Positions 10,202 to 20,628 of a stretch of DNA of 64,000 bases are shown here, piece after piece. The DNA is from Candidatus Poribacteria bacterium (GTDB lineage: Bacteria > Poribacteria > WGA-4E > PCPOR2b), in the NCBI GenBank assembly GCA_965116925.1, contig OZ220744.1:1600001-1664000 (forward strand). The letters run 5' to 3'. Both the position numbers and the translations under genes were made by a program. Numbering within the stretch: the stretch's first letter is position 1; each line of letters starts with the position of its first letter. Under the pieces are notes generated by a model. That model searched no databases and was not told the DNA's origin. It saw only the letters and a program-made list of their open reading frames with translations.

Positions 10202-11269
10202 ATGATGCACATTCCACTGATAACCACAACTGGACGGACAAACGATAATCCGGGGGATACCTTCATTGGGGTGGGACTGCAATACCTATTTGAACAAGCA
10301 TTGGGCCCTCAGGTGTGGGTGCTGATTGACCGCTTTAGTTCAAAGGGTTTTCGGGATTATGAGGATGTTGTTCGGAGCGCGCCGTTTCTGGTCTATGGCG
10401 GGATGCCGCAATATAACAATTATGACGATTGGAAGCATTGGTATGACGATGCGATGTGGCGCGATTTTATCATTCGGTGGGGATTGAAGATCTTTACAAT
10501 GGCGGGCGGGGCAGGTTTTTCTCATCCGGCTATCAGCGTTGATGTATATGTCGCACATTGCCTGAAGAGTAAAAAAACAGAGCGGATTATTCGCCAACGG
10601 GTTGAACCAAGCCTCTGCTTCACTGTCCGTGATGCGTATGCACATGCCCTGCTGAATGCGCTCGAAATACCGAATAGCTACCTTCCGTGCGCTGCGGCTT
10701 GGGCAAGTAAAATGTGGAATATTGCGCCGGCGCAGCAGAGACCTTACCTCATTCTTGTTCCACCGTCACCACGCCACACACCGAAGCGGATTGGGCGCAG
10801 ACGCATTCCCCGCCGTAATAGGCTCCAACAATTTGCGGATAGCTGGGAGAGCTTCTACACAATGCTTCAACAGAACGGTTACAATGTTCGGGTGCTTTGC
10901 CATGCTCATAGGGAGTATACTGCTCTACGCAATGCTATTCCGCCCGAAGCACTCTGGTTTCACGGAGACCCTTACACGTTGCTGCGACAATACGCTGCCG
11001 CCCATACAGTTGTCTCTGCGCGACTTCATGGCAGCCTTCCTGCCTATGGTATCCCGGGAACGCGGGTACTAAACCTCTCGGTCGATGTGCGGGGTTCCGC
11101 CGTTGAGGTTTTTCCAAAGATATGCAATCTTCGGATCAGCGATGCAACCCCCGGTGTCCTTCTATCGGCGATAGACCAACTCAAGCCTTCGACGCTGGCA
11201 GATCTCCGGGCTCCCGAGAAGGCATATCGGGAGCTAATTCAATTATCGCTACCCAGCAAGATAAAATAA
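10202..11269 (+). CDS. Polysaccharide pyruvyl transferase family protein
   Basis: NPGD, YGG, FTVRDAY, VVSARLHG motifs; start uncertain (10181-10205). Confidence 0.7.
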   Translation: MMHIPLITTTGRTNDNPGDTFIGVGLQYLFEQALGPQVWVLIDRFSSKGFRDYEDVVRSAPFLVYGGMPQYNNYDDWKHWYDDAMWRDFIIRWGLKIFTMAGGAGFSHPAISVDVYVAHCLKSKKTERIIRQRVEPSLCFTVRDAYAHALLNALEIPNSYLPCAAAWASKMWNIAPAQQRPYLILVPPSPRHTPKRIGRRRIPRRNRLQQFADSWESFYTMLQQNGYNVRVLCHAHREYTALRNAIPPEALWFHGDPYTLLRQYAAAHTVVSARLHGSLPAYGIPGTRVLNLSVDVRGSAVEVFPKICNLRISDATPGVLLSAIDQLKPSTLADLRAPEKAYRELIQLSLPSKIK

Positions 11270-11303
11270 AAAGAGGGACAATTTCTGAACTTGCCCCTCT
11301 TTT
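11269..11303. terminator. Probable bidirectional intrinsic terminator
   Basis: AAAAGAGGGACAA...TTGCCCCTCTTTT inverted repeat between convergent genes. Confidence 0.6.
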
Positions 11304-11345
11304 ACTTACAATTATTTTTTAAGGATACAAGTTGCCTGACGTTTA

Positions 11346-11786
11346 TTATCCTGTCAAGGAAGCATGCCAATCTGTCCAATCCTCAAGGTTATTGAGGTTC
11401 ACAGCATCCAAGATTGAACCGTCATCGGCAACGTTGGCTGCACCTAAAATAGCTCCACGGGTATCGTCATCGTGATTGTAGCCTGTAATGGCTGCATTCA
11501 ACTCATCGACTGCAGCCTGATCTAGACTCCCACCCTTTTTCTCTATAATCCAGCTTTCAAACTCGGTATAGCTTGGACGGTTCTCGCTGATATATGCCAA
11601 TGTTTCTTCCTTATCGAGGCCAAGTCCATCAAGAACCATCTGATCAAAGCCGGCACCACATGCGGGGTAGTCCGAATGCAGTTGACCTACTGCGTCCAAC
11701 GTGACCTTGCTCCAAAATCTTGGTAGATGAAGGACACCAAGGGGACCAGCAACACCTGAACTAATCGTCGGAATAACTCCTGCCAT
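11346..11786 (-). CDS. DUF5069-like conserved protein
   Basis: LGVLHLPRFWSK...GQLHSDY...GFDQMVL pattern; RBS AAGGAG. Confidence 0.65.
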   Translation of the reverse strand: MAGVIPTISSGVAGPLGVLHLPRFWSKVTLDAVGQLHSDYPACGAGFDQMVLDGLGLDKEETLAYISENRPSYTEFESWIIEKKGGSLDQAAVDELNAAITGYNHDDDTRGAILGAANVADDGSILDAVNLNNLEDWTDWHASLTG

Positions 11787-11914
11787 TTTATTTTCTCCTT
11801 GTCGTCTATAGTATTGATGAAACTACAAGTCCAGCCGATCCGGATTTGTAAGGTAGCCTATTATAGCACACCTTCAGAAAACTGCAAAGTATAAAATCAC
11901 GCCTATTTACAGGA

Positions 11915-13846
11915 TCATTGGTTGCTTCCGTAAATTGCATTGGTGTCAATTTTGGCGAGTCCATCGGCGGTGCCGATCCAAGCAGCCCCTACACCTAAAG
12001 CGATGCAACTAACGATAGGCGTACTGAGCCGACTAGACGGAAAATCAATGGGATCTCGCCATCCCTCTGCGGTTTTAATCCACACACCGCCGTTAGTGGC
12101 AATCCACACTGTATCAGGTTTAACGGCGGTTATCGGCCCTTTGGTAGCAGCGACGTAGATACTCTGATAGGGCACTATATCAACAAAACGAAGGACAGCC
12201 TCCACCGTACTGCTCAGATCGACCTGATGGATTTCGCCGTATCCGTTGGCTTTATCCACGCTATAATTCCAAGTAAAGAAGACTTTATCGGCACTGGCAT
12301 CAAAACTTACAATTTCACTACCGGTTTTCAGGTTGAGGTTGTCAAGGGCCCCAAAGCGTTGCCAAATATCCATGCTTCGATTGTAGACTGCTATGCCGTT
12401 TTGAGAAGTCCCAATCCAAATCCTGTCCGGTGTGACGGCTAGTGCAACAACATCATTGGCAGGTAAACCATCTTTTGCTTTGCTATATCTTTTCCACTCT
12501 CCGGTAGATCGAGAATGACGGGCAACTCCGGCAAAGGTGCCAATCCAAACCTCATCCTTGTCAATTTCAATGTCATATATTGTGTTATCCGGCAGCCCAT
12601 TGCGTATATCGAAAATATCGGGAAATGTCGTAGCCTTGTTATAACGAATTACACCGTAATTTAGCGTCCCAATCCACAATTCCTGACTATCAACCGCGAG
12701 TGCTCGCACATCAATCGGAGTTTCTTCGTCAAAAAGGGTATTGATATGATCGGTTATGTCCGTGATTGGCTGCCAGGTTCCTCCGCTGAAGTCAATTTGT
12801 GCTAATCCTTTTGGTGTGCCGATCCAAAGGGTTGTTCCATCAATGGCAACCGCTTGAATTTGGTTGCTCGGTATCCCGTCAGAGACGGTGTAAATTGTCC
12901 ATGCACTTTCGCTTCGCTTTCTTCGCGCTTCATTTTTTAGCTTGAGATTTGAGGTATATGGGCTAACGGAATTATAGTCGGCAGTTGCGTCCGTGTTCTG
13001 TCGCAACTGCGTGTAAGCGTCACCCCGCGCCATATAAGCATTGGCAAGCCATCGGCTTTCCGGATAATTTTGGATAAAACTCGTTAATGTTTCTACCGCC
13101 ATTTCGGAATTTCCTAGCTTCGAGTGTAGCGATCCGATGAGGTATGAAGCGCGTTCTAAGTGTTGGCTGTCCGGGAAATGTGCCACCGATTCTTGGAGGA
13201 CTTTGAGTCCTTCTTGGAGTTCACTTAACTCATCAGCCAACAGAAAGCCAGCGGTATAGGCTGCTTCGTCCGCACCGTAGCGATCGGGATAGATTCGGAA
13301 TAAAAGCAGGTAGGCACTGACCGCTTTACGGTATTCCTCAGCTGCAAGATAGGCATCGCCCGCCGCTTTAAACTTGTCCTCCATACTGTATGCGTTGGGG
13401 TCAATCTTCACCACGTTTCCAAAATATCTCAGTGCTTCATCGTTGTTTCCTTCCGCTTCAAAGAGACGGGCAAGTTGATAATGGGCATCAGTATATTTAG
13501 GATATTCGTCAATCGCCTTCATAAAACTTGTTTTCGCTCTGTCGTACATATCCAACTGCAAGAAGGTCTGACCGTTAAGAAAGTGTTTTTCAGCTGCCTC
13601 GCTGGGGATGGCACGCACATCGTCAAAGGCTGTGATATAGACGATTTCATGGAAGGGAATTGATAGTCGCTGGTCGTAGACTTCAATCTGGATTGATTTT
13701 TCATCACCGCCCAGCCAACGTCCTTTGAGGTGATCTCCATTTTCGAGATAAATTGAGATGTAGTGTTGTCCATAACCGAAGTGTGCACATAAAAGAACCA
13801 GGACAACCCCGATTAGTATGTGCTTGAAGTTAAATGTATGTTTCAT
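11915..13846 (-). CDS. Secreted TPR/BamD-like repeat protein with C-terminal two-component-regulator-type beta-propeller
   Basis: Signal peptide, TPR helices (YPESRWLANAY), then GIPSNQIQA/GLPDNTIYD/GLPANDVVA...WIGT blades. Confidence 0.75.
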   Translation of the reverse strand: MKHTFNFKHILIGVVLVLLCAHFGYGQHYISIYLENGDHLKGRWLGGDEKSIQIEVYDQRLSIPFHEIVYITAFDDVRAIPSEAAEKHFLNGQTFLQLDMYDRAKTSFMKAIDEYPKYTDAHYQLARLFEAEGNNDEALRYFGNVVKIDPNAYSMEDKFKAAGDAYLAAEEYRKAVSAYLLLFRIYPDRYGADEAAYTAGFLLADELSELQEGLKVLQESVAHFPDSQHLERASYLIGSLHSKLGNSEMAVETLTSFIQNYPESRWLANAYMARGDAYTQLRQNTDATADYNSVSPYTSNLKLKNEARRKRSESAWTIYTVSDGIPSNQIQAVAIDGTTLWIGTPKGLAQIDFSGGTWQPITDITDHINTLFDEETPIDVRALAVDSQELWIGTLNYGVIRYNKATTFPDIFDIRNGLPDNTIYDIEIDKDEVWIGTFAGVARHSRSTGEWKRYSKAKDGLPANDVVALAVTPDRIWIGTSQNGIAVYNRSMDIWQRFGALDNLNLKTGSEIVSFDASADKVFFTWNYSVDKANGYGEIHQVDLSSTVEAVLRFVDIVPYQSIYVAATKGPITAVKPDTVWIATNGGVWIKTAEGWRDPIDFPSSRLSTPIVSCIALGVGAAWIGTADGLAKIDTNAIYGSNQ

Positions 13847-14149
13847 GCTTAATTTCCTCGCGGGATTAACGCTATAGTGAATGTACTGCGTTATTTTGTT
13901 TCAGGGTAAATGTGGGATAATACATCTATTGTGACGGGTCTGCTGACAGCAGATCAGCGTATAGTATACAATAGCGATCAACAAGTGTCAAGACACCGAA
14001 GTGTACGACTCAAGCTATGCGTAAATGTTTGGAAGCAAGCGTATAATCTATAGACAGCTGATCAACCCTGCAGCATTAATTTTTTTGACAAGCTAGTAAT
14101 GCTCTGGTAATATCTATTAGAGGTTCTTATAACGTCGCTTTGTTTAATG

Positions 14150-14995
14150 CTAACCTTTAATTCTGTAAAATTGTTTTGCGTTATCGTGAAACAGTTTCTG
14201 TCTGTCCGCATCGGTAGCACTCTGCACTGACCACAACAGGGCTTCCACCCACTGTTGGTATTCAGCGGCTAGGGTGCAGACGGGCCAATCGCTGCCGAAC
14301 ATTAGACGATCATAGCCAAACACCGCTACAAGATGCTCAATGTACGGCTTTAGCTCTGCTTTCGTCCAGTTCTGGCTAGCAGTTGTTACGATACCTGAAA
14401 CCTTGCAATGCACGTTATCAAACGATGCCAGTTCACTTATATGGTCAGCCCACGGTTGAAATTGTTTGCCTTTTATATCGGGTCCCCCGCAATGGTTGAC
14501 CGCATGTTGCACATTCGGCGTAGCTTTTACCAAATCGATAGCCGCAGGAAGCTGCTGTGAATTGGCACAGAGATCAAAGGAGAGATTATATCTTTCAAGC
14601 AGTTGTACCCCTTTGATGAGCTCGGGACTTTGATAAAACTGATTATCAGGACGGTGCCAAGCCATACGACGAATTGCAACCACAAGTTCGTACTCAGTCA
14701 ACTGTTTGAGGATTTCCTCGACACTTGATTCTTCAAGTGGAGCAGCTGCAACGATAGCACCAATCATGCCATCTGTTCGCACAATCTGTGCCAACCACTT
14801 GACCTCGTCGACCACGTGTGTGGGTGCTACATCAGCTTCGACATGAACGGATCGGACAACGTTAATCCCCTCGCAGGCGCGACGATAGTCCTCGATTAGA
14901 TACCGTTTGCCAAGGGCATCAAAGTCGTCCAACCAAGGGTAGCTCAGGTTTGAAGTATCCCAGAGATGCTGATGTGTATCAATGATTTTTAGCAT
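14150..14995 (-). CDS. Amidohydrolase_2 family protein (sugar lactonase-like)
   Basis: IIDTHQHLWD, VNHCG, CKVSG, MFGSDWPV; start reassigned to MLKIID (RBS AAGGTGG). Confidence 0.85.
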   Translation of the reverse strand: MLKIIDTHQHLWDTSNLSYPWLDDFDALGKRYLIEDYRRACEGINVVRSVHVEADVAPTHVVDEVKWLAQIVRTDGMIGAIVAAAPLEESSVEEILKQLTEYELVVAIRRMAWHRPDNQFYQSPELIKGVQLLERYNLSFDLCANSQQLPAAIDLVKATPNVQHAVNHCGGPDIKGKQFQPWADHISELASFDNVHCKVSGIVTTASQNWTKAELKPYIEHLVAVFGYDRLMFGSDWPVCTLAAEYQQWVEALLWSVQSATDADRQKLFHDNAKQFYRIKG

Positions 14996-15121
14996 TTGTG
15001 TCCACCTTTTTTGATTGTTCAGGTACTCTAGCCAAGATTTCTGATACAACGTTTAATCGCAATGTAGCCGATAGTGTGTGCGCGAAGTGTGTGTTTTTAA
15101 CCACATCTCCACATAGATGGT

Positions 15122-15151
15122 GCGGGGAAACCAGATGCCCCGCCTACGGTT
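15122..15151. repeat. 30-bp REP-like repeat, identical copy at 22351-22380
   Basis: GCGGGGAAACCAGATGCCCCGCCTACGGTT in both places; partial reverse-complement copy at 3638-3652. Confidence 0.75.
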
Positions 15152-15204
15152 AGCTGCGTAAGTTCTAAAGTTCTTTTTTCAAATCCGATCTAAGGTTCAG
15201 TATT

Positions 15205-16269
15205 ATGTCCGACTCTCACCTTCCCAATATCCGCAAAATCTTAGTCATCCGCAACGATGGCATTGGTGACCTCCTTAATTCAACACCCGCCATTGCGATG
15301 CTGCGTCAGAACTACGCCGATGCAGAAATCACGGTGCTCGCCCAACCGTTGAATGCGCCGATCTTGGTCGGTAATCCCGACGTGGATCGGGTGCTAATTT
15401 TTGACCGGGCAAACGAACATCGCCGGCTGCGCGATCGATTACGATTTTATCAGCACTTACGACATGAGCGGTATGACATTGCTGTTGCGATGCGGACCGC
15501 TTCGTGGTGCAACTTTGTTGCATTTCTGTCGGGTGCAAGGTATCGGTTGGGACGCCACCAAAAGCGGTTCAAAAGTTTCCTAACACATCCTTGGCGGGGA
15601 CAGTATAGGAAAGGGGAGACCCACGAAATTGATCGGAATTTTGACTTAGTTGGGCTAATTTGTGATGGAAGCGGACATCGACGATTGGTGCTGAATCTAC
15701 TGGATGATGAAATCGCGGAAACACAACGCCTGTTAGCAGATTGGGAAATCGGGCCGAACGATTTCTTAGTTGGCATCCATCCGGGCGGCAGTTCGTTTGA
15801 TAAACGGTGGCCCGAGGAAAATTACGCCCAAGTTGCCGATACACTTGCACATCAATACGGTGCAAAGATTTTGATTCTTAGGGGTCCCGACGAAGCTGAA
15901 TTGGAAAGAAATATCCAGACAGCACTACAATCCAAATCTGTTGCTTACGCCCCGAAATCAATACGCGAGCTTGCTGCGCTTATAAAACGTTGCGATTTCT
16001 TTGTCTGCAACGACTCAGGCCCCATGCACATCGCTGCGGCTTTAGATGTACGAACTGTTGCGATTTTTGGTCCTACCGATCATGTCGCTTGGAAACCGCT
16101 CAGTGAGGAAGCAACGATTGTCAGGCGAGATATGCCGTGTTGGCCCTGCAGTGCCCACAAATGCAAGATTGGCTGGGAGTGTACGAAGAAATTAACGATT
16201 GACACTGTATGGGATCGGGTGGAAGAATGGGCACAGGATAAAGTAGACGCGATAGATCTCAAGCGGTAA
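15205..16269 (+). CDS. Glycosyltransferase family 9 (LPS heptosyltransferase-like)
   Basis: ILVIRNDGIGDL, IHPGG...KRWP, CNDSGPMHIAAA, AIFGPT, CWPC. Confidence 0.9.
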   Translation: MSDSHLPNIRKILVIRNDGIGDLLNSTPAIAMLRQNYADAEITVLAQPLNAPILVGNPDVDRVLIFDRANEHRRLRDRLRFYQHLRHERYDIAVAMRTASWCNFVAFLSGARYRLGRHQKRFKSFLTHPWRGQYRKGETHEIDRNFDLVGLICDGSGHRRLVLNLLDDEIAETQRLLADWEIGPNDFLVGIHPGGSSFDKRWPEENYAQVADTLAHQYGAKILILRGPDEAELERNIQTALQSKSVAYAPKSIRELAALIKRCDFFVCNDSGPMHIAAALDVRTVAIFGPTDHVAWKPLSEEATIVRRDMPCWPCSAHKCKIGWECTKKLTIDTVWDRVEEWAQDKVDAIDLKR

Positions 16270-16329
16270 TTTGACATACTCCACAAACCTATCGGAAGCT
16301 CACCTCAGTTGCTCTATTTACTGTCAGCA

Positions 16330-17103
16330 CTATATGAATAACTCACATATCGAGTCGGCACGTTTCACAACCGTACGGTCATCAATCCTTGTTGCACCTC
16401 GGCGCAGATATCCCTCAATGGATTGCCCTTTAAGGACACGGATTTCCTGCTCATAGGGCGGCTCGATTTTCACAGGTATAATCTGATTGATATTTCTGCA
16501 CGCTTCAGCCACCGTTTTTCGGGTTGCTTCCCGCGCTTTTTGGGGAGATAGGTGCAAAGCGAGTTCTTGTCCAAGTCCCTGCTTCGTTTCTACAGCGTAT
16601 ATGTTGGAAATCAGTTCCTTAGCTTCTGCAACTGCTTTATCATCGCCTGAGATGAATACCGTCGGCACATCAAATTCCCCTGCCATCGCTGCGCGGCAAC
16701 CAAATTCTCCAATCGGCGTCCCGTTAAGTTTGTAGTATTCGACAGACCTTGATGAGTACGTGTGGCTCAACGGTGCGTTGGGGGTTCCTGCCATTGCATG
16801 TTGCCCAACAAAATAAAGCGCGTCATAGGTTTCATCAAGGTAATAAGGTGGACTGATGGGGCCTCTTGCAATCAATTTTGCTTCCGGATGGAATTCCAGC
16901 ACATCAATCCCACCGTTGCCGTGTCCGTCCCAGACAACGATTTCTGCGTGCCGATCAACGTCCAAGATCCCTTCAATAGCGGCATTGACCTCCCATGTAA
17001 GCAGCTTCATCGCAGTTTGTTTCTGGGGTCCCTCTTCGCGGGTTTGATTAAACCGGGAGACCATTGCAGGACCTTCCAGATCGGTGAGAATGTAGATTTT
17101 CAT
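16330..17103 (-). CDS. M55 family D-aminopeptidase (DppA-like)
   Basis: KIYILTDLEG, DGHG, VGQHAMAG, LSHT, GEFG, ISGDD. Confidence 0.88.
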   Translation of the reverse strand: MKIYILTDLEGPAMVSRFNQTREEGPQKQTAMKLLTWEVNAAIEGILDVDRHAEIVVWDGHGNGGIDVLEFHPEAKLIARGPISPPYYLDETYDALYFVGQHAMAGTPNAPLSHTYSSRSVEYYKLNGTPIGEFGCRAAMAGEFDVPTVFISGDDKAVAEAKELISNIYAVETKQGLGQELALHLSPQKAREATRKTVAEACRNINQIIPVKIEPPYEQEIRVLKGQSIEGYLRRGATRIDDRTVVKRADSICELFI

Positions 17104-17115
17104 CAAGCCCTCTTT

Positions 17116-17526
17116 TTACTTCCGCTTGAGATAGGGGAGCAGTAACTCGTGGGCAGTCACGACATTGACTGCAAGGGAATCCAAGGCGAGTAGGAGTTCG
17201 TTGGAATCCATGTTCTCGGTTGCGAGGCTATCCACTAGGACGATGTGGTGGTCATCGGGTTCGCTTGAGTCAATTCCGAAACAGGTTGGTAGGATTTCGG
17301 TATTTTGGTCAAGGATTTTTCCGTAGATTTCTTCCAGCCTCGATGTATCGAGATCGTTGACGCTGCAGAGATCTATCAAGAATTCAATCTGTGCATCGTC
17401 AACCACGGCAAACATGTTGAGTCCGTCTTCATCTTGGATGATAAGAATATCAGCCTCTGTAGAAACGCTATATCCCTGCTCGTCTAGGAATACGGTGATA
17501 TCTACCGGTGTGTTCAATTTTGACAT
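17116..17526 (-). CDS. Small acidic protein, probable CesT/YjfI (DUF2170)-type chaperone fold
   Basis: 136 aa, acidic, alpha/beta pattern with C-terminal amphipathic helix; directly downstream of pspA. Confidence 0.45.
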   Translation of the reverse strand: MSKLNTPVDITVFLDEQGYSVSTEADILIIQDEDGLNMFAVVDDAQIEFLIDLCSVNDLDTSRLEEIYGKILDQNTEILPTCFGIDSSEPDDHHIVLVDSLATENMDSNELLLALDSLAVNVVTAHELLLPYLKRK

Positions 17527-17598
17527 TGTTCTTCTCCTTCACTGCAACATACGAAAGATATTTCAGCCCAAATCTATTGATGTGTCAGACGCCTATTG

Positions 17599-18273
17599 TT
17601 AAGCATTTTTGCTGCCGACTTTGGCTTTCAGGGCTGCCAAATCATCGTCTACATTCCCCGTTTCAAGGGCGGCGAATTCTTCCTCAAGTGGATCGCGGCT
17701 TAATTCTGACATTTCTGACGCAGCATCGGCACGTGCTTCCATATCTCCGACTTTCTCCTCCATACGATCGAAGGTCGCAAAAGCACTATTATCCTTCATA
17801 CCTGCCATTGTTTCATGGATTGCCTTCTGTGCCTTCGCCCGTTTTTGTCGCGCAATCAGCAGGTTTTTCTTGCGGCCTGCTTCATCAATTTTCCGCTCAA
17901 GTGTTCGGAGATTATCCTTGAGCATGGCGACCGCTTGCTTCTGTTTATCCCACTGTTCCTTGTAGCCTGTTGCAATATTTGCATGCTCATTGCGGCGTGT
18001 CAGTGCTTCGCGTGCAAGGTCTTCGTTCTCTCTCTGGAGGGCGATTGTGGCTTTCTGTTCCCAACCGTCCGCTTGCTCCTGCTCGTTTTCGTAGTCCTTT
18101 TGGAGCCGTTTTTCCTGCGCGATAGCGGTGGCAACCTGCTGTTTGACCTTGACTAGTTGTTCTTGCATCTCATTCGTTATCTGATTCAGCATTTTTTCCG
18201 GATCTTCTGCTTGGTCCAGTGCAGCATTCACATTGGATTTGAAGATAGTGGATACACGGTTAAAGAATCCCAT
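17599..18273 (-). CDS. pspA: PspA/IM30 family protein
   Basis: MGFFNRV...KSNVNAALDQAEDPEKML, EDLAREAL, FDRMEEKV, coiled coil. Confidence 0.92.
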   Translation of the reverse strand: MGFFNRVSTIFKSNVNAALDQAEDPEKMLNQITNEMQEQLVKVKQQVATAIAQEKRLQKDYENEQEQADGWEQKATIALQRENEDLAREALTRRNEHANIATGYKEQWDKQKQAVAMLKDNLRTLERKIDEAGRKKNLLIARQKRAKAQKAIHETMAGMKDNSAFATFDRMEEKVGDMEARADAASEMSELSRDPLEEEFAALETGNVDDDLAALKAKVGSKNA

Positions 18274-18342
18274 TTTACGCCTCCTATTTAATCTAGTGAT
18301 AGGTGTTGGTTCAGAAATTTACTCCGATAAAACTAACCTCCA

Positions 18343-18371
18343 ATTATAACCGAAAATTTTCCCATTGCCAA
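18343..18371 (-). promoter_or_regulatory. Sigma-70-type promoter for the pspA operon
   Basis: Minus strand TTGGCA-17 bp-TATAAT. Confidence 0.5.
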
Positions 18372-18427
18372 CCAAAAAGTTAGGAATCCATAGCCTAGCT
18401 TGATAAGTGAGATTTTCCTCTCAGATG

Positions 18428-20383
18428 TCATTCCAGTAAAATCATCTTCCGGGTATCGGTTTCTTTTTGGAATTTTAGGGTGTAGAAATATGTGCCGCTT
18501 GCTGCGCGCTCACCATCAAAATTGCGCCCATTCCAATAAGCGGCGCGATGTTTTTCAGAATAATCTCCAGCAGCGCGTTTTCCAAGTTCAAGGAGGTTAA
18601 TTAAACGTCCATTAGAGTTGTAAATCCGAATGGTTACTTGACCGGAGGATGCCAGCTTAAAGGGTATCCACGTCTCTGGATTGAACGGGTTCGGATAATT
18701 TTGTAAAAGTTTGCCTCGTTTTAGTTTGCCCAAAGTTGTCGGTAGCAGATCGGAGGTTGGCTGAACCGCAACGGGTTGGGGAAACCCTGTACCCCCAAAC
18801 TGATTAAACAATCTATCATAAGCGGCTTGTGCACGAATAACCCCGTAACCGGCGATATTATCGGGCTTGTTCGCTTGCGAAGCTGTGGTGCGAAGTATGT
18901 TGACTATATCCTGTACAGTTGCTAGGGGGAAGGCTTCCATCAGTAGAGCGATGCCGCCGGCAGCAAGCGGTGCCGAAGCGGAGGTGCCGATATAAAAATT
19001 GAAAAACGCTCCATGTGTGGTTGGATCGATGGTGGTGACGCGTTCACCCAGTGCCATCAAATCTGGTTTAATCCGCCCGTCGAAGGTGGGACCTCGTGAG
19101 CTGAAAGGTAACACCTGTCCGTCGCGGTCTACAGCACCAATAGCAAGAACGTCAAATCCATCGGCGGGAGGGGTGATTCGTCCCGGCAGTCCGAACGTAT
19201 CGCTCGGTGGTTGAGCCCCCAGATTTCCCGCAGCGATAACGACAGGGATCCCTTTTTGAACGGCAAGGTTCGCGGCAATCGTAACTTTTGAGGTTTTTCC
19301 ATCTAAGTCTGCGAAACGATACCATTCAAAATAGCCGAGCGAACTGCTTACTACATCTACCCCCATCTCTTCGAGCCATTCAAGTCCTTCAACCCACCAA
19401 TCCTCTTCGATTTGCCGCTCAAACACGATACCACGCCGCGAAACTACCTCTGTTTTTCCAAGGAGGTAGCGGGCACGGGGCGCGATACCGATGAGTTGCC
19501 CCGGTGCATCGCCAGCGAGGATACTCAACACCGCCGAACCGTGGTCATCTTGATCTGGATCATCCTGATCTACCTCATCGGCGGTATTGGCATCGTCATT
19601 GATAAAATCGTATTGGGCGATAATATCCACACGCTCAAGCGCGGTATGTTCCAGATTGAACCCTGTATCGAGTAGTCCGATAACAATGTCCTCACCGAGA
19701 AAGCCTTCTTGGTGTAGGAAGTCCGCCTGAATTTGTGCAATTTGTGTCTTAGCGTTCCCGTAGTCCAAAACCTTGGCAGCGGAAGGGGCACTCGGTGGTA
19801 ACGAACCGCTGATGGGGATCTCAAAAGGCATTGTGTACTGATGAATAGGATCTATCGCGCGGATATAAGGCAGGCGAGCGATTTCACGAATCTCCTGACC
19901 TGTTGCCTCTAGTCCAATGCCGTTTAGCCATCGACTCTTGCTGCGGAGTTTCCCTCCCAATCGAAGCACCGCCTCAATATAGTGGGGTTCGATGGGCAAA
20001 TCTGTAAAATCCGGACGGCTGAGTTGCGCCCGGAGCTCGCGGCGATGCTTCGCTCTATTGGACATCTGGGCTTGATATTGATCTATCGCTCTGCGTTGAT
20101 CGGACGTTGTCGAAAATCCCTTGTCGGCAAAGAGCACCCATACTTTTAGTGTTTCATTAGGGGTATGGAAACGAATAGATGGGGAAATTTTGAGGTTTTG
20201 GTTGGGGGTCGATATTGCTGGAGGGGCTGCTGCGAATGAGATGAATATGATAGTAGTACAAACCAATCGACAAAGCAGGGTTCGCGGTTTAGAGGAGCAT
20301 CCTAATAACGGGTTCCTCTGTCCCAACGGTATCAATTCTTTTATCGAAAGATTTCGGGAACGTGGAGATGCAGTTAGAGTCAT
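18428..20383 (-). CDS. Secreted S8 subtilisin-like peptidase with C-terminal FlgD/T9SS-like module
   Basis: Triad LLDTG, DDHG, GTSASAP; AAGN; C-terminal LLQNYPNPFNPETWIPF...YWNGRN...SGTYFY. Start uncertain. Confidence 0.9.
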   Translation of the reverse strand: MTLTASPRSRNLSIKELIPLGQRNPLLGCSSKPRTLLCRLVCTTIIFISFAAAPPAISTPNQNLKISPSIRFHTPNETLKVWVLFADKGFSTTSDQRRAIDQYQAQMSNRAKHRRELRAQLSRPDFTDLPIEPHYIEAVLRLGGKLRSKSRWLNGIGLEATGQEIREIARLPYIRAIDPIHQYTMPFEIPISGSLPPSAPSAAKVLDYGNAKTQIAQIQADFLHQEGFLGEDIVIGLLDTGFNLEHTALERVDIIAQYDFINDDANTADEVDQDDPDQDDHGSAVLSILAGDAPGQLIGIAPRARYLLGKTEVVSRRGIVFERQIEEDWWVEGLEWLEEMGVDVVSSSLGYFEWYRFADLDGKTSKVTIAANLAVQKGIPVVIAAGNLGAQPPSDTFGLPGRITPPADGFDVLAIGAVDRDGQVLPFSSRGPTFDGRIKPDLMALGERVTTIDPTTHGAFFNFYIGTSASAPLAAGGIALLMEAFPLATVQDIVNILRTTASQANKPDNIAGYGVIRAQAAYDRLFNQFGGTGFPQPVAVQPTSDLLPTTLGKLKRGKLLQNYPNPFNPETWIPFKLASSGQVTIRIYNSNGRLINLLELGKRAAGDYSEKHRAAYWNGRNFDGERAASGTYFYTLKFQKETDTRKMILLE

Positions 20384-20449
20384 AAATTAGATTGTAGCAG
20401 CGTCGTGGCTCACCGTCAAGGGTAGATTTGTTTCTCCATGATTCTCTGA

Positions 20450-20478
20450 TTGACAGGAATAAGTATGTCCTTTATAAT
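20450..20478 (+). promoter_or_regulatory. Consensus sigma-70 promoter
   Basis: TTGACA-17 bp-TATAAT, exact. Confidence 0.7.
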
Positions 20479-20628
20479 GCGAATTAGCAAGCATTTCATT
20501 AATTGACTTTCTTCTTTTCGTCTAGCACAGAAAAGTTAAAAACCGGTATGATAACTTGGGAAAGTTTCAGGCTACTTAGGATTTTACAACCAATGCAGAC
20601 TAATTTTAGATTGATTAAAGAGCTTTTG

